DNA from: an uncultured Alphaproteobacteria bacterium
GTDB taxonomy: Bacteria > Pseudomonadota > Alphaproteobacteria > Rhizobiales > Hyphomicrobiaceae
Assembly (NCBI GenBank): GCA_963776675.1
Contig: CAVZNR010000030.1
Coordinates: forward strand, 7,814 to 71,813
Length of the DNA: 64,000 nt
Direction of reading: 5' to 3'
Part shown: positions 28,869 through 43,897 of the stretch, one piece after another
How the letters are laid out: every line of letters begins with the position of its first letter
Position numbering within the stretch: the stretch's first letter is position 1
The notes under the pieces: generated by a model
Databases searched by the model: none
What the model was told of the DNA's origin: nothing
What the model saw: only the letters and a program-made list of their open reading frames with translations
Position numbers and translations under genes: made by a program

Positions 28869-30071
28869 TCAGCATTGAGGCCCCACCTCTTGTCGATCGA
28901 GAAGTCTGCGGGTGTGGCGCGCAATTACCAGATCTTCGTTGGTCGGGATGACCCACGCAGAGGCTTGACTCTCGTCCTTGGTGATAGAGGGGCCGCCCGC
29001 CTCGTTCGCCGCTTCGTCGAGGGCAATCCCGAGCCAGGTCGCATTCTCGCAGACGCGGCGCCGGATCGCGGCGGCGTTCTCGCCGATGCCGCCGGTGAAC
29101 ACGAGTGCATCGAGGCCGCCCAGCGCGGCGGCAAGCGAGCCCAGCTCTCGCCCGATGCGATAGACGCAAAGAGCGACGGCCTCGGCGGCGCGGGAGTCGC
29201 TGTTTTCGAGCAGCTCGCGCATGTCGTCGCTGATCTGCGAGACACCCAGCAGACCACACTCCTCGTAGAGCAGCTTGTTGAGCGCGGCGGGCGTCATCGC
29301 CCGGGACTCGAGAAGATAGAGAATGACGCCCGGGTCGAGGGATCCGCAGCGGCGGCCCATCACGAGGCCGTCGAGGACGCTGAACCCCATGGTTGTTGCT
29401 ACGCTTCTGCGGCCGGCCATCGCGCACAGGCTCGCACCATGCCCCAGATGCGCGACCACGATGCGCCCGTCCGCCTTGGCCCCGAGATGTTGCGGCAGCA
29501 CGCTCGCGATGTACTCGTAGGAGATACCGTGGAAGCCGTAGCGGCGGATGCCGCTGGCAGTCAGCGCGCGCGGCAAGGCGAAGGTGGTGGCAACGTCGGC
29601 TTGCGTCCGGTGGAAGGCGGTATCAAAGCAGGCAATCTGCGGCAGGTCTGGATGGAGCTGCGCCAACGCCGTGATGGCCGCCAGATTGTGCGGCTGATGC
29701 TGTGGGGCGAGCGGCGCCAGGGCCTCCAGCTCCGAGAGGATGTCCGCGTTGACCATCACGGGTGCGGTAAATTTGCTGCCTCCATGCACAACACGATGAC
29801 CCGCCGCCGCCAGAGTGAAGGCGTCCGACTTCGTCTTGAGCCAATCGAGCAGCAGCGCCAGCGCCTGCTGGTGTGTGGCCAGCTCCTTGTGCGTGGTGTC
29901 GACCACCGTCGCGCCGACGGCGTCCTGCACCGTGAAGTGGACCTGATGACCGAGCCCTTCGAGATTTCCCCGCAGCAGCGCCTGCTCGGCGCCCTCCTCG
30001 GAGGCAGCAGCGTAGAGCGAGAACTTGATGCTCGATGAGCCCGAATTGAGGGCAAGAATGGCGGGTGTCAT
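28869..30071 (-). CDS. ackA: Acetate/propionate kinase
   Basis: [41 protein letters not shown]. Confidence 0.95.
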   Translation of the reverse strand: MTPAILALNSGSSSIKFSLYAAASEEGAEQALLRGNLEGLGHQVHFTVQDAVGATVVDTTHKELATHQQALALLLDWLKTKSDAFTLAAAGHRVVHGGSKFTAPVMVNADILSELEALAPLAPQHQPHNLAAITALAQLHPDLPQIACFDTAFHRTQADVATTFALPRALTASGIRRYGFHGISYEYIASVLPQHLGAKADGRIVVAHLGHGASLCAMAGRRSVATTMGFSVLDGLVMGRRCGSLDPGVILYLLESRAMTPAALNKLLYEECGLLGVSQISDDMRELLENSDSRAAEAVALCVYRIGRELGSLAAALGGLDALVFTGGIGENAAAIRRRVCENATWLGIALDEAANEAGGPSITKDESQASAWVIPTNEDLVIARHTRRLLDRQEVGPQC

Positions 30072-32488
30072 GAGGACAGATGCGCGCCGTCATCGCGCGG
30101 CTCGCTCGGCCAGGTCCAGTTGCGGATCTCGGGCATGTCCTCGCCGTGCTCGACGATGTACTGCCGGTGCTCGATCAGCTTGTCGCGCAAGGCCTGCCGG
30201 ACGTAGGCCGCCATGTAGCCCAGCTTCGGAACGCGGTCGATGACGTCGGCCACCAGGTGGAAGCGATCGAGCCGGTTGCGCACCACCATGTCGAACGGCG
30301 TCGTCGTCGTCCCTTCCTCGATGTAGCCGCGGGCGTGCAGATTGCCGTGGTTGGTCCGCCGGTATGTCAGCCGGTGTATGAGCCAGGGATAGCCGTGATA
30401 GGCGAAGATGATCGGCTTGTCGGTGGTGAAGATGGTGTCGAAGGCGCGGTCCGACAGTCCATGGGGATGCTCCTCCTTGGGTTGCAGCGTCATCAGGTCG
30501 ACCACATTGATGACGCGGATCTTCAGGTCGGGCACGTGCTGACGTAGCAGATCAACGGCGGCCAGCGTCTCGATCGTCGGCACGTCGCCCGCGCACGCCA
30601 TCACAACATCGGGCTCGCTGCCCTTGTCGTTGCTGGCCCACTCCCAGATGCCGATGCCGGACGTGCAGTGCTTGATCGCCTCGTCCATGTCGAGCCACTG
30701 GGGCTGCAGCTGCTTGCCCGCGACAATGACGTTGACGAAGTTGCGGCTGCGCAGGCAGTGATCGGTGACTGACAGCAGCGTGTTGGCATCGGGCGGCAGG
30801 TAGACGCGGATCACGTCGGCCTTCTTGTTGACCACGTGATCGATGAAGCCGGGATCCTGGTGCGAGAAGCCGTTGTGGTCCTGGCGCCAGACGTGGGAGG
30901 TCAGGAGGTAGTTGAGAGAGGCGATCGGGCGCCGCCAGGCGATCTCCTTCGAGGTCTTCAGCCATTTGGCGTGCTGGTTGAACATCGAATCGATGATGTG
31001 AATGAAGGCCTCGTAGCAGGAGAACAGCCCGTGGCGGCCGGTGAGCAGATAACCCTCCAGCCAGCCCTGGCACATGTGCTCGCTCAAGATCTCCATGACG
31101 CGGCCGTCGGGTGCGAGGTGAACGTCCTCCGGGATGGTCGGCTCCATCCACACCCGGTCGGTGGCCTCGAAAAGCGCGGTCAGACGATTGGAGGCCGTCT
31201 CGTCGGGCCCCATAACGCGGAAGTTGCGGGAGTCCTCGTTGCGGATCATTACGTCGCGAAGGAAGCCACCCATGACGCGGGTCGCCTCGGCGGTGACGGC
31301 GCCGGGCGCCGGCACCTTGACCGCATGATCGCGGAAGTCGGGCATGCGTAAATCCCGGAGCACCACGCCGCCGTTGGTGCACGGATTGGCGCTCATGCGC
31401 CGCTCGCCCTTGGGCGCCAGCGCGGCGAGCTCGGGCATGAGCGTGCCATTGGCGTCGAAGAGCTCTTCGGCCAAGTAGCTCTTCATCCATTTTTCCAGAA
31501 GTTTGACGTGCTCGGGCTTGGTGGCCAGGTCAGTGATCGGCACCTGATGCGAGCGCCAGAAGCCTTCGGTCTTGAGCCCGTCGACCTGCTTGGGTCCGGT
31601 CCAGCCCTTGGGCGTGCGCATGACAATCATGGGCCAGCGCGCGCGCTTGGCTTTTCCCTTGCTGCGGCAGTCCTTCTGGATCGCCTTGATCTCGGCGATG
31701 ACGGCATCCAGAGTCTCGGCCATCTTGCGGTGCATGACGGGCGGATCATCGCCTTCGACGAAATAAGGTTTGTAGCCGTAGCCTTTGAACAGCCACGTGA
31801 GCTCCTCGTCGTCGAGGCGCCCGAGGATGGTGGGATTGGCGATCTTGTAGCCGTTGAGATGCAGGATCGGCAGCACAGCTCCGTCGCGCAGCGGATTGAG
31901 AAACTTGTTGGAATGCCAGGACGTGGCGAGTGGACCGGTCTCAGCCTCGCCGTCGCCGACGACACAAGCAACGATGAGATCGGGATTGTCGAAGGCCGCG
32001 CCATAAGCGTGCGCCAGCGAGTAGCCGAGCTCGCCGCCCTCGTGGATAGATCCCGGCGTCTCAGGCGCGACGTGACTGGGAATGCCGCCCGGGAAGGAAA
32101 ACTGCTTGAACAGCTTCTGCATGCCCTCAGCGTCTTGCGAGATATTCGGATAGGTCTCGCTGTAGGTCCCCTCCAAGTAGGTGTTGGCGACCAGACCCGG
32201 ACCGCCGTGTCCGGGTCCAGTGACGTAGATCATGTCGAGGTCCTGGTTGCGGATCAGCCGGTTGAGATGGACGTAGACGAAGTTCAGTCCCGGCGTCGTG
32301 CCCCAGTGTCCGAGCAGGCGCGGCTTGATGTGCTCGAGCGTGAGAGGCTCTTTGAGAAGCGCATTGGCCAAGAGATAGATCTGCCCTACCGAAAGGTAGT
32401 TGGCCGCGCGCCAGTAAGCGTTCATGAGCGTCAGCTCTTGCTCGGACAGATCTGGCGATGGCTTCGTTTCCGACCTGCGCTCCGCCAT
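30068..32488 (-). CDS. xfp: Xylulose-5-P/fructose-6-P phosphoketolase
   Basis: [40 protein letters not shown]. Confidence 0.97.
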   Translation of the reverse strand: MAERRSETKPSPDLSEQELTLMNAYWRAANYLSVGQIYLLANALLKEPLTLEHIKPRLLGHWGTTPGLNFVYVHLNRLIRNQDLDMIYVTGPGHGGPGLVANTYLEGTYSETYPNISQDAEGMQKLFKQFSFPGGIPSHVAPETPGSIHEGGELGYSLAHAYGAAFDNPDLIVACVVGDGEAETGPLATSWHSNKFLNPLRDGAVLPILHLNGYKIANPTILGRLDDEELTWLFKGYGYKPYFVEGDDPPVMHRKMAETLDAVIAEIKAIQKDCRSKGKAKRARWPMIVMRTPKGWTGPKQVDGLKTEGFWRSHQVPITDLATKPEHVKLLEKWMKSYLAEELFDANGTLMPELAALAPKGERRMSANPCTNGGVVLRDLRMPDFRDHAVKVPAPGAVTAEATRVMGGFLRDVMIRNEDSRNFRVMGPDETASNRLTALFEATDRVWMEPTIPEDVHLAPDGRVMEILSEHMCQGWLEGYLLTGRHGLFSCYEAFIHIIDSMFNQHAKWLKTSKEIAWRRPIASLNYLLTSHVWRQDHNGFSHQDPGFIDHVVNKKADVIRVYLPPDANTLLSVTDHCLRSRNFVNVIVAGKQLQPQWLDMDEAIKHCTSGIGIWEWASNDKGSEPDVVMACAGDVPTIETLAAVDLLRQHVPDLKIRVINVVDLMTLQPKEEHPHGLSDRAFDTIFTTDKPIIFAYHGYPWLIHRLTYRRTNHGNLHARGYIEEGTTTTPFDMVVRNRLDRFHLVADVIDRVPKLGYMAAYVRQALRDKLIEHRQYIVEHGEDMPEIRNWTWPSEPRDDGAHLSS

Positions 32489-32522
32489 GATCTTCCTCCT
32501 ATTCCGGGCATTCCGGTTACAG

Positions 32523-34979
32523 CTACACGATCGACACCGGCATCCCGGTCTTGAGCGTGATGTCTCTGCCCCGATGCGTGATGACCAGATCGGGGCCGTC
32601 CTCCAACAGATAGGTCGTGGCTCGCTTGCCGAGGTCGACGACGAGGCGCCGACTCTGAATCATGAGCGGAAAGCGCAGCCGGTCCGCTCCCAGCACGATA
32701 GGCTTGGGATCAAAAGACAGCCGGCCGCCGAAATCGCGCATGCCGGCGATGCCATAGACGATCGCCATCCAGCTGCCGCCGATCGACGCAATGTGCGCAC
32801 CATCCCTGACGTTGCCGCCGACGTCCGCCAGGTCCATGAGCAGCGAGCGGCGCAAATAATCGGTCGCTTGCTCGCTGTAGCCTACCTCCGCCGCCATGAT
32901 GCTTCGGATGGAGGCCGACAGCGAGGAGTCACCCGTCGTGAGCGGATCGTAATATTCGAAGTTGCGCCGCTTCTGCGCGGCAGAGAACTCGTGACCCAAG
33001 AGGAACATGGCGAGCACCACATCCGGCTGCTTCATGACCTGGAAGCGGTAGATCACGAGCGGGTGGAAGTGCAGGAACAACGGATATTTGTCAGCCGGAG
33101 TTCCGGAAAAATCCCAGACCGCCTTATGCAGAAAGGCGTCGTCCTGGGGATGAATGCCAAGCTCCTCGTCGAACACGACGTACATGCGCGCCGCCGCGCG
33201 ACGCCATTCGCTGACCTCGCCGAGCTCAAGGTCCGTTGCCCGGACCAGCGCTTTGAAGCGCGCAGGATCCTTATTATGCAGCTCGTCGACGATGTCGGCG
33301 GCATAGGTGAGATTGTGCCGCGCCATCAGATTCGTATAGGTGTTGTTGTCGACGATGGCGGTGTACTCGTCGGGGCCGGTGACACCCTGGATCTCGAAGG
33401 ACCCGTCCTCGCCTTTGGGATAGCAGCCCAGATCGCGCCACAGCCGCGCCGTCTCCACTAGCATCTCGGCGCCTTGCTCATAAAGAAAGGCCCTGTCGCC
33501 GGTGATGTCGACGTACTTGCGCAGCGCGTAGGCTATGTCGGCGTCAATGTGGTACTGCGCCGTCCCCGCCGCGAAGAAGGCGGACGCCTCCTCGCCGTTG
33601 ATCGTGCGCCAGGGAAACAGCGCGCCCTTCTGATTGAGCTGACGGGCCCGCTCCCTGGCCTTGGGCAGAATGCTGTGACGGAACGCCAGCAGGTTGCGGG
33701 CAATGTGCGGCGCCGTGTAGATCAGGAATGGGAGCACGTAGATCTCCGTGTCCCAGAAGTAATGCCCTTCATAGGCCTGTCCCGTGAGACCCTTGGCGGG
33801 GATGCCGCTGCCTTCAGCACGGCCTGCGGCCTGGATGAGCTGGAACAGGTTCCAGCGAACGGATTGCTGCGCGCGAGCATGTACGCCATCGATCTTGACG
33901 TCGCTGCGTATCCAGAACGCATCCATGAAGTCGCGCTGCCCGGCCAGGAGCGTGTCGATCCCCTCGGATTTGGCCTCGTCCAGCGTCCGCTCCGCGCGCT
34001 CGCACAGCTCCTTCGCCGGCACTGACCCGGACGTGTGATAGGCGACGGCCTTCACCAGATCGATTCTTTCGCCGGGCTTCGCGTCGACCAGGAAGGTGAT
34101 GTCTCCGGCGTCCTCCGTGAACCTTGCGCGCTCGGAGAAAGGGCACGCCGTCTCAAAGACATGATCGATGCCGCAGGCCACCGTCATCCTGCTGTGGCAC
34201 GTCACATGGCTCAAGACGATGCGGCGCTGATCGCCGTAGTGCACGGCGGGCTCGAGCACGCTCTCCTTGAAGGTGCCGGCCAGCCGCGGATCGTTTTCGG
34301 CGAGCCGTTCGGCATCGCCGACGACCGCGGACGATACCGACTGCTTGCGGTGATGGCTGGTGATCTGCGACACGATCGCGACGTGCGCCTCGGCGTTGAG
34401 AACGCTCACCGAATAGGTGACGACGGCGAGGTGCCGATTGCGAAATGATGCAAATCTCCGCGACGTGATCGAGACGTGCTTGCCCGACGGCATGGCCCAG
34501 ATCAGCCGCCGCTCCAGGACGCCCGCCTTCATGTCGAGCACTCGCTCGTACTCTAGCAGCTCGGCGGTCGGCAGATAGAACGGCTCGTCATCGACGAACA
34601 AGCGGACGATCTTTCCGTCCGTCACGTTCAGCATGGTCTGGCCGGTCTTGGCGAAACCGAATGCCTCCTCGCCGTAGACGATGGGCCAAGACTCATAAAA
34701 GCCGTTGATGAAAGTGCCGCTCTGGAATACGGGGGCGCCTTCCTCATGATTGCCGCGCATACCGAGGTAGCCGTTGCTGGTGGCGAAGATGGTCTCCGCA
34801 TGCGGCAGGTCTTGTGGCTGAAAACTCTTCTCAATGAGCTTCCAGTCGTCGGCAGGATAAACATGCTCCGAGGGGAGCTCGATCGGATGCAGGGGCATGC
34901 CGGTGGGGGCGCGGGCGGGTGATTTCGGCTCGCTGCCGGGGCGGCCATGAGCTTCGCGGCGGGAGATCGCAGCAGTCAT
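32523..34979 (-). CDS. Glycoside hydrolase family 65 phosphorylase (trehalose/maltose/kojibiose type)
   Basis: [41 protein letters not shown]. Confidence 0.95.
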   Translation of the reverse strand: MTAAISRREAHGRPGSEPKSPARAPTGMPLHPIELPSEHVYPADDWKLIEKSFQPQDLPHAETIFATSNGYLGMRGNHEEGAPVFQSGTFINGFYESWPIVYGEEAFGFAKTGQTMLNVTDGKIVRLFVDDEPFYLPTAELLEYERVLDMKAGVLERRLIWAMPSGKHVSITSRRFASFRNRHLAVVTYSVSVLNAEAHVAIVSQITSHHRKQSVSSAVVGDAERLAENDPRLAGTFKESVLEPAVHYGDQRRIVLSHVTCHSRMTVACGIDHVFETACPFSERARFTEDAGDITFLVDAKPGERIDLVKAVAYHTSGSVPAKELCERAERTLDEAKSEGIDTLLAGQRDFMDAFWIRSDVKIDGVHARAQQSVRWNLFQLIQAAGRAEGSGIPAKGLTGQAYEGHYFWDTEIYVLPFLIYTAPHIARNLLAFRHSILPKARERARQLNQKGALFPWRTINGEEASAFFAAGTAQYHIDADIAYALRKYVDITGDRAFLYEQGAEMLVETARLWRDLGCYPKGEDGSFEIQGVTGPDEYTAIVDNNTYTNLMARHNLTYAADIVDELHNKDPARFKALVRATDLELGEVSEWRRAAARMYVVFDEELGIHPQDDAFLHKAVWDFSGTPADKYPLFLHFHPLVIYRFQVMKQPDVVLAMFLLGHEFSAAQKRRNFEYYDPLTTGDSSLSASIRSIMAAEVGYSEQATDYLRRSLLMDLADVGGNVRDGAHIASIGGSWMAIVYGIAGMRDFGGRLSFDPKPIVLGADRLRFPLMIQSRRLVVDLGKRATTYLLEDGPDLVITHRGRDITLKTGMPVSIV

Positions 34980-35767
34980 TGCGCAGTAAGCTCCGCAAGA
35001 TCGGTCACCACGATGTCGGCTCCGTTCTGCCGAAGCTCGTCGGCGTGGCCTTTGCGATCGACTCCCACCACCAGACCGAAACCGCCGTTGCGTCCTGACT
35101 GAACACCAGAGATTGCATCCTCGATCACGACGGAGCGCTTGCGATCGGCATCAAGCTCCCTTGCAGCCTCTAGATAGGTATCGGGTGCCGGCTTTCCCAC
35201 CAGGTGCAGCTTCTCGGCGACCGCTCCGTCGACGATGACATCGAACAAGTCGAGGATTCCGGCGGCCTGGAGCACGTTGCGGCAATGAAGACTAGAGGAG
35301 ACGACGGCGAGCTTGATACCCGCGTGACGCAGCATGCGCGCCAGCGCCACCGAGCCCTGGTAGACCTCGACGCCCTCGGTCTTGAAAATCTCGGCCACGA
35401 GCCGATCCTTGCGGTTTCCAAGCGCCCAGGCGGTCTGCGCATCGGGGGAATCGTTCTCGTTGCCATCGGGCAGGTGAATGCCGCGCGAGCCTAAGAAGCT
35501 GCGCACTCCATCGATGCGCGGTTTTCCGTCCACGTAGAGCTCATAGTCGGTCTCGATGTCGAACGCCCGGAACGGCACGTGGTTGGCGTTGGACCAGCCT
35601 TTGAGAAAGTTATCGAACATCTGCTTCCAGCACTTTGCATGGACCTTTGCCGTTGCCGTCAGAACGCCGTCGAGATCGAATAGAACCGCGTCGAACCGGT
35701 CGCGCGTCAGGGCGTGCTTTGAGCGCTGCAAGGTCGTTTCGTTGTCGTTTTTCGTCACTGGGAGCAC
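34976..35767 (-). CDS. Beta-phosphoglucomutase-family HAD hydrolase
   Basis: FDLDGVLT.TA..H, VDGKPRIDG, GKPAPD, IEDAISG; stop overlaps the GH65 start. Confidence 0.9.
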   Translation of the reverse strand: MLPVTKNDNETTLQRSKHALTRDRFDAVLFDLDGVLTATAKVHAKCWKQMFDNFLKGWSNANHVPFRAFDIETDYELYVDGKPRIDGVRSFLGSRGIHLPDGNENDSPDAQTAWALGNRKDRLVAEIFKTEGVEVYQGSVALARMLRHAGIKLAVVSSSLHCRNVLQAAGILDLFDVIVDGAVAEKLHLVGKPAPDTYLEAARELDADRKRSVVIEDAISGVQSGRNGGFGLVVGVDRKGHADELRQNGADIVVTDLAELTAQ

Positions 35768-36162
35768 TTTCTACACCGCCGCGATCTCGGTTCCTGCGAC
35801 CACCGAGATGCCGATCGTTCACCCCAGCACCTAATCGCCCACCATGCACGCATTGGCGCCCCGGTGTCGCGTGCAGCACGCCGCATCCGAACCCTGCGAC
35901 CTGCTGATCGCCAATGTCCGCATAGCCGCGATCGGCAAGCTGCTGACGCGGGCGCCCCGCCGTTGCGGCCAACGCACGACTGGTGCTGATTTACACATCT
36001 TTCAGTTGCAGAAGTGCGAACCACCTTCTCGCAATTGTCGAGGTATTGCGGCGAGATGTACCATCTTCCATCTAGGACCGAACCCGTGCATGTTAGACTT
36101 GGGAAAATCCCTCGCGATTCTTCTTCCCCCGACACAGAGAATTGCTCCGTTCGGTTTCGGGC

Positions 36163-37047
36163 TTACGTGCTCAGCGCCTCGAAGCCCGATGTGACATCGA
36201 ACAATTCCTCGTCGATACGGCTCTGGCGTAGGCGTTGAAAGCGGCCTGTCAGGTCGTCGAGCAGCTCGTCGATATTCTTGTCGGCGCGCTGCATTGCGGC
36301 AAGCCTGCTCGCATTCTCGCTCGCCAGTGATTCCGCACAGGCACGAAAAATAGAGACGAAAAGATACTCACGGATCAGCGCTCGCAATGTCGTCCTACGA
36401 TCACCCAGTGGTTCGGGCAGAGATCCGGTTGGCCACGGGATGTCGGCGAGCTTTCTTCTCCATACATTATCGAGCGGCAGCAACCTCTGAGCTACGGGCG
36501 CATAGACAGCCCGCGACGTCGGGCGATTGTAGAAGAGGAAAAGCTCGTCGAACTCGCCTCGCGTGTCCGGCGGCTCGCATTCGACGAGGATTTGGCCGAC
36601 AAGTGGCGTGATGGCCTTTACGGAGTTTGGCACAGGGAAAAACCCCGAGAGCGGCAAACCGGAGCCGACCAAGCGGGCCTCAACTCGATCACCGACGGCC
36701 CACACTCTCGGCGTAATGGACAGTGGCTCGAGAGTGGTCAGCGCAAACTCAGCCACTTTGTCGTTGAACGGTCCCACCAATCCCTGGTCCGATCCGAATA
36801 CGACCGCACCAACAGACCTCCCGAGGGCGTGTTGTCGATCCTCCACCGGGAGTTCCATTGCCGCACGGTGTCGAAAGAAGATGCTAAGTCCCAGTTCGAT
36901 GCTTTGATAGTAGTCGCCCAACGCGCGCTCGGCCTTCTCGTATTGACCGATATTCGAAGCAGCCAGAGCCTTCATAGTTCTGACAACGGATTGAAGATCT
37001 CCGGCACTCCTGATCTTTCGGTGAAGGCTAGCTGTGGTGTCGCTCAC
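36163..37047 (-). CDS. atpG: N-ATPase gamma subunit
   Basis: [39 protein letters not shown]. Confidence 0.95.
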   Translation of the reverse strand: MSDTTASLHRKIRSAGDLQSVVRTMKALAASNIGQYEKAERALGDYYQSIELGLSIFFRHRAAMELPVEDRQHALGRSVGAVVFGSDQGLVGPFNDKVAEFALTTLEPLSITPRVWAVGDRVEARLVGSGLPLSGFFPVPNSVKAITPLVGQILVECEPPDTRGEFDELFLFYNRPTSRAVYAPVAQRLLPLDNVWRRKLADIPWPTGSLPEPLGDRRTTLRALIREYLFVSIFRACAESLASENASRLAAMQRADKNIDELLDDLTGRFQRLRQSRIDEELFDVTSGFEALST

Positions 37048-38669
37048 CGGACTGCCTTTCGTGTTGACTGAGGCTGCCTTTGAACGTTGTTGGGCGATCC
37101 CGACTCCGCCCCATGATCGTGCTTCATTTCGGATGCTGGTTCCGGCGTGGCTTGGACCTGCGCCAGCGCGCTGCGCGCAATCTCGATGATGAGCTTTCGG
37201 TCATCCTCGCTCAAGTGCGTGGCGGTCTCGAAACGCGAACGCACGTCATCTGGGATCTCTTCGGCAGCCGTCTGCACGGCACGCTCGGCAGAATTCATCT
37301 GATCGAGCGGTACCGAATCGAAGAGCCCGTCTGTCAACGCCAACAGGATTGCAATTTGGCCTGACACGGATACTGGTGTGAATTCGGACTGCTTGAGGCA
37401 GGCTCGGATCCGCCGTCCATGCTCGATAATCTTGCGTGTGTCCTCGTCCAGTCGGGCGCCAAACCGGGCGAATGTCTCAAGCTCCTCGAACTGAGCGTAA
37501 CTGAGCTTGAGGTCGCCTGTCACCGCGCGATAGGCAGTGCGTTGTGCCTTTCCACCGACACGTGAAACGGACCTGCCTACATCGACTGCAGGCAGAACTC
37601 CCAGTTCGAATAGCGATGGTGAGAGATAGATCTGGCCGTCCGTGATCGATATTAGATTGGTCGGAATGTATGCGGATATATTCTGGGCTTCCGTTTCGAT
37701 GATTGGGAGTGCGGTGAGAGATCCGCCGCCGAGATCGGTCCGCCATCGGGTCGCGCGTTCGAGCAAGCGCGAGTGGATATAGAAGATATCGCCCGGGAAC
37801 GCTTCGCGTCCCGGCGGCCGGCGCAGCAGCAATGAGAGCTCGCGATAGGCGCGCGCGTGTTGTGTGAGATCGTCGTAGACGATGAGGACATCGCGGCCCG
37901 CCTCGACGAAATGCTCTGCGATGCTGGTCGCAGCGTAAGGAGCGATAAAGGCGAGGCCTGGCGGATCATTACCCTCGGTCACGACTACGACGGTATGATC
38001 CATCCCGCCTTTCTCGCGAAGATTGGCAACTGCCTTTGCCACGGCGGAAGCGCGCTGGCCAATTGCACAGTAAACGCAGACGACATTCTGATTGCGTTGG
38101 TTGAGGATCGCGTCGATCGCGATGGCCGTCTTTCCCGTCTGCCGGTCCCCCAGGATCAATTCCCGCTGCCCGCGTCCGATTGGGATCAGCGCATCGATGA
38201 CCTTGAGGCCAGTCTGAAGTGGCACCGTCACAGGCGCACGGTCCATGATCGCAGCCGCAGGGCGCTCGATGGGCAGTCGCTGGCCTGTGACGACGGTCCC
38301 CTTGCCATCGAGGGGCCGCCCGAGTGGATCGACCACTCGCCCCAACAATCCTTCGCCGACGCCGACATCCATAACCCGGCCGGTGCGCTGCACTTCATCG
38401 CCAGCGTTGAGATGCCAGTATTCTCCGAGCAGGACGACGCCGACTTCGTCCTCATCCACGTTGAAGGCGATGCCTAGCACGTCGCCGGGAAACACGACGA
38501 GTTCGTCGAACCCAACGCCGGGAAGACCGGAGATCTTCGCGATACCGGTCGAAATGCTTGCTATCGTGCCAACTTCCTGTGGCTCCAGGCGCGGTGCGAA
38601 TTTGTCCCGCGCCTGACCTATGCGCGAGAATACGCCGTCGAGCACGCTCTTGAGGTTGTCGGGTTCCAT
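37044..38669 (-). CDS. atpA: N-ATPase alpha subunit
   Basis: [17 protein letters not shown] and [12 protein letters not shown]. Confidence 0.97.
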   Translation of the reverse strand: MEPDNLKSVLDGVFSRIGQARDKFAPRLEPQEVGTIASISTGIAKISGLPGVGFDELVVFPGDVLGIAFNVDEDEVGVVLLGEYWHLNAGDEVQRTGRVMDVGVGEGLLGRVVDPLGRPLDGKGTVVTGQRLPIERPAAAIMDRAPVTVPLQTGLKVIDALIPIGRGQRELILGDRQTGKTAIAIDAILNQRNQNVVCVYCAIGQRASAVAKAVANLREKGGMDHTVVVVTEGNDPPGLAFIAPYAATSIAEHFVEAGRDVLIVYDDLTQHARAYRELSLLLRRPPGREAFPGDIFYIHSRLLERATRWRTDLGGGSLTALPIIETEAQNISAYIPTNLISITDGQIYLSPSLFELGVLPAVDVGRSVSRVGGKAQRTAYRAVTGDLKLSYAQFEELETFARFGARLDEDTRKIIEHGRRIRACLKQSEFTPVSVSGQIAILLALTDGLFDSVPLDQMNSAERAVQTAAEEIPDDVRSRFETATHLSEDDRKLIIEIARSALAQVQATPEPASEMKHDHGAESGSPNNVQRQPQSTRKAVR

Positions 38670-38671
38670 GC

Positions 38672-39493
38672 TCAATGCGTCCCGGCTTCAACCGCCGAGG
38701 CAGCGGGCTTAGGCACAGCCCGGCTTTCAGAGTTGTCCCTTCCGTCCAGCAGGGCGCCGACGTCCTGCTCCAAAGATCCGAGATAGTTCTCCACACTCCA
38801 AGCTATCTTTTCACCACCAACCGTAAACTCCATTCCGCTGATCACATCAGGCGCGGTCTCAAACCGGACGCGGATATCAGCTCCAAATAGTTCATTGAAT
38901 GCGCTCTTTAATTCGGAGCGGTGATCCGCAGTCAGGTCGAACGCGCTGCGAACGAGCCCCGGATCCGATGCTGCTTTGATCGCCTTGACAAGGGTCGCCT
39001 TCTCGCTATCGCCTATTTCGCTCAATCGCCGCACGAACGCACCGACCATGCAATCCTCCAGATCGGCTGTCGCAAGATCCTTCAGAAGCTTCCTGGCAAT
39101 CGCAAAAACTTCCTGCGTGGTGCGGGCCCCAATGGCCTTATTAAGGGCACTGGCTTCGCTTCTGAGCGACTCGCGACGTTTCACACTCAGCGCCTCAGCT
39201 GCCTGTCGGGCTTCTTCAATGAGCCGACGACGCTCCGTCTTGGCATCCTCCGTCGCTTTGAGCAGTAGTGCCGATCGCTGTTGGTCGAAAGCCTCGTTCT
39301 TGCGCTCGAACTCAACCCGCTCCTTGTTGGCTTCAGCCTTCGTTGCGTCAGCACTCGCCAGCTCGTGGGCAATCCGCGTCTCCCGCGCGTCGATGGCGTC
39401 GAGAATAGGTTTGTAGAGATAGCGCTTTAGCAACCACACCAAAACGATGAAGTTGAGGGCCTGCGCACCCACGGTGAACCAATCGACGAGCAT
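38672..39493 (-). CDS. atpF: N-ATPase extended b subunit
   Basis: [23 protein letters not shown], coiled coil and a long C-terminal extension; the operon has no atpH. Confidence 0.92.
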   Translation of the reverse strand: MLVDWFTVGAQALNFIVLVWLLKRYLYKPILDAIDARETRIAHELASADATKAEANKERVEFERKNEAFDQQRSALLLKATEDAKTERRRLIEEARQAAEALSVKRRESLRSEASALNKAIGARTTQEVFAIARKLLKDLATADLEDCMVGAFVRRLSEIGDSEKATLVKAIKAASDPGLVRSAFDLTADHRSELKSAFNELFGADIRVRFETAPDVISGMEFTVGGEKIAWSVENYLGSLEQDVGALLDGRDNSESRAVPKPAASAVEAGTH

Positions 39494-39496
39494 GAA

Positions 39497-39778
39497 CTAC
39501 TTACCGGCGGCTTGGGTGATGGCGTGATTCCAGAACGGATTGGCGAAGACGAGGATCATCGACAGCACAAAGCAGTAGATCGCGACCGATTCGATCATCG
39601 CAAGGCCGACAAACAGAGTGCGCGTTATTGTGGATGCGGCGTCCGGCTGCTGCGCCAGCGATGTAAGCGCCTTGGAAACAGCTAGTCCCTCGCCAAGTGC
39701 GGGCCCTATACTTCCCAGCGCAATCGTAAGTCCCGCTGTTACGATGGACGTCATTGCGATGAGTGTTGCGCTATCCAT
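39497..39778 (-). CDS. atpE: N-ATPase c subunit
   Basis: GPALGEG...QQPDA...GLAMIESVAIY. Confidence 0.96.
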   Translation of the reverse strand: MDSATLIAMTSIVTAGLTIALGSIGPALGEGLAVSKALTSLAQQPDAASTITRTLFVGLAMIESVAIYCFVLSMILVFANPFWNHAITQAAGK

Positions 39779-39809
39779 TTTCTATCCTCTTGATCAAGGG
39801 ACTGGGCCT

Positions 39810-40505
39810 TCAGGGCTCAGCAGTAATTTCGAGTTTGGCTTTTCGCATGCGCGTGGCGGCGGCGATGTAAACGGCGGCCAGGATGCTGAAGATATAGGCC
39901 TGGACCATCCCCGTAAGCAGACCGAGCACACTCATGGCGATCGGAAAAATGAAGGGCGTGATGGTCAGCAAGATACTGAGGATCATCGCGCCGCTCATCA
40001 TGTTGCCGAACAGGCGGACGGCAAGCGCCAGCGTGCGCGACAGTTCGCTGATGATGTTGAACGGCAGCATAATAACCGTAGGCTCGATATAGGACTTCAG
40101 GTATTCACCTGCACCCTGTTCCCTCATGCCGAATACCGGCACAGCCACGAACACGCACAATGCAAGGGCCGCTGTGGTGGAGAGCGATCCCGTTGGCGGC
40201 TCAAATCCTGGTATGATCGTGCAGAGACTCGCGCTGGCCACAAAGAGAAAGAGTGTACCGAGGAAACCGATGTACCGGCGCGGTTGCCGTAAGCCGACAT
40301 CCTCGATTTGCTTTTCGATGCCGCTGACGACGATTTCCAGTAGGTTCTGCCATCGTGAGCGCGTTAGTCCTTTGGACAAATTACCGGTGACGAGCTTCGC
40401 CCCGAAGGTCAAAGCAAGCATCAAGCCCCAAGTGAACACGATCGTGGCACTGAGCTTTACGAACCCATATTGCCAAAAGATTATCTGATCGGGGCTAAGG
40501 CGCAT
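39810..40505 (-). CDS. atpB: N-ATPase a subunit
   Basis: PPTGSLST, SRTLALAVRLFGNMMSG, VQAYIF. Confidence 0.96.
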   Translation of the reverse strand: MRLSPDQIIFWQYGFVKLSATIVFTWGLMLALTFGAKLVTGNLSKGLTRSRWQNLLEIVVSGIEKQIEDVGLRQPRRYIGFLGTLFLFVASASLCTIIPGFEPPTGSLSTTAALALCVFVAVPVFGMREQGAGEYLKSYIEPTVIMLPFNIISELSRTLALAVRLFGNMMSGAMILSILLTITPFIFPIAMSVLGLLTGMVQAYIFSILAAVYIAAATRMRKAKLEITAEP

Positions 40506-40815
40506 GGCTTCCCTCATTTGCCAGGCGGTCCTGTTCTACTTCGGCCGACCGCGTTTGCCTCATCACGAAAAGCCGGGCGATCGCAAATCCAAAGAGGCAG
40601 GCCAGCAGTCGCTGCCAATGCCCACCCGAAACGAGATAGAAACCTGAGAGGACTAAAGACATCCGCAGCAGAAGGCTGCCAATGAACCACAGCGCCGGTC
40701 GCGCGGAAGCAGCGCCTTTATTGACCGTCACCCAAAGGCCGGCGAAGAAAACGACGCCAAGCGCAAGACCCGCGACGCCGGCTATGCTCAGCGGTACTAA
40801 ATCATTCATTGTCAT
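40495..40815 (-). CDS. atpR: N-ATPase AtpR subunit
   Basis: Hydrophobic, FFAGLW.TV...SLLLRM; position between atpQ and atpB is diagnostic of N-ATPase operons. Confidence 0.85.
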   Translation of the reverse strand: MTMNDLVPLSIAGVAGLALGVVFFAGLWVTVNKGAASARPALWFIGSLLLRMSLVLSGFYLVSGGHWQRLLACLFGFAIARLFVMRQTRSAEVEQDRLANEGSHAP

Positions 40816-41132
40816 TCTCCTGCTCGTCGCGCATGGCTTGATCCTCCTTGGCCACCCAATGCCAGGCATTGAAACAGCCAATGGCGAGCCCAGCCACGAG
40901 GAGTGCTAGCGTCCAGGACCGCGCTCCGCCGTAATGCTTGTCGAGCCAGAGCCCAAGAGCCGCACCGAGCAGCGTTGGAACCGCGACCGACCATCCGATC
41001 AAGCCCATCATACCCAAGCCGAACCACACACCCGGGACGGGATTTCGCCGCGCTTTGAGCTTTCTCTGCTCGTTCGCGCCAACTTCTTCCGCCAACGTCT
41101 GGCGACTTTTCGAAATGTCTCCGTCTCCGTCT

Positions 41133-41140
<8 letters not shown>
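40802..41140 (-). CDS. atpQ: N-ATPase AtpQ (AtpZ/AtpI-like) subunit
   Basis: GLGMMGLIGWSVAVPTLLG..LG.WLD and GCFNAWHWV. Confidence 0.88.
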
Positions 41141-43179
<2,039 letters not shown>

Positions 43180-43477
43180 CTAGCGCAGTCGTATCGGACC
43201 CGAACAGACGGTAGCCCTGCTTAGCAATGCCGGACTTTGCGTCTTTTGCCGCACGGAACCCGAGTTCATCGACGGTCTTCACAATTCCCAATGGCCAGAG
43301 CACCTTTCGGCAATTGGGTTCAATTGTTGAGCCATAAGGGACCAATCGTAAACACCTCGATAGGATATTCAGTGGACCTACCGAGGGGCCACGGCCATCC
43401 CCTTACCGAGCGGGTTTTTGTGCGCTCTTCCCGAGCCCAAGGATCCCGTATGAAGTGCGGATCAATGGTGCAAAAGC

Positions 43478-43820
43478 ATGAGCGTGAAGCCAATCAAGAC
43501 TGCTCTCCTAATCGAGGATAATCCTGCAGACGCGCGCCTATTGCGCGAGCTGTTCAACGAGAAGGGCGCGGACTTTATCGAGCTGGAGCACGTGGACTGC
43601 ATGGGTGAGGCCGAGAGGGTCCTTTCGGAGCGCGAGTTTGACATTGTCGTGCTCGATTTGGGATTGCCGGACGCCGATGGCTTAGCAGCTGTACAGCGAG
43701 TGCACAAAGCCGCCCCCCGCGTTCCATTGGTGGTGCTGACCGGCCGGGACGACGAGACGCTAGCCGCACAAGCGTTGCAAGAAGGTGCGCAGGATTATCT
43801 CTTCAAGAGTCAACTAACGA
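43478..43820 (+). pseudogene. Isolated receiver domain (truncated signalling gene) reading in frame into the downstream glycosyltransferase
   Basis: LLIEDNPAD, VVLDLGLPD, VLTG, GAQDYLFK, then unrelated sequence. Confidence 0.65.
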
Positions 43821-43897
43821 CCTGTGACGACCGTGGCCGCAAGCGTCTCCGCGCTAGAATTTCGGGACAACTGTACCCGAGGGGGGACTGTCGCGTG

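Noticed and set aside
35880-35950. Amidohydrolase-like N-terminal fragment (CDLLIANVRIAAIG) on the + strand
   Set aside because: Too short to support a feature; at most a gene shard between atpG and beta-PGM.
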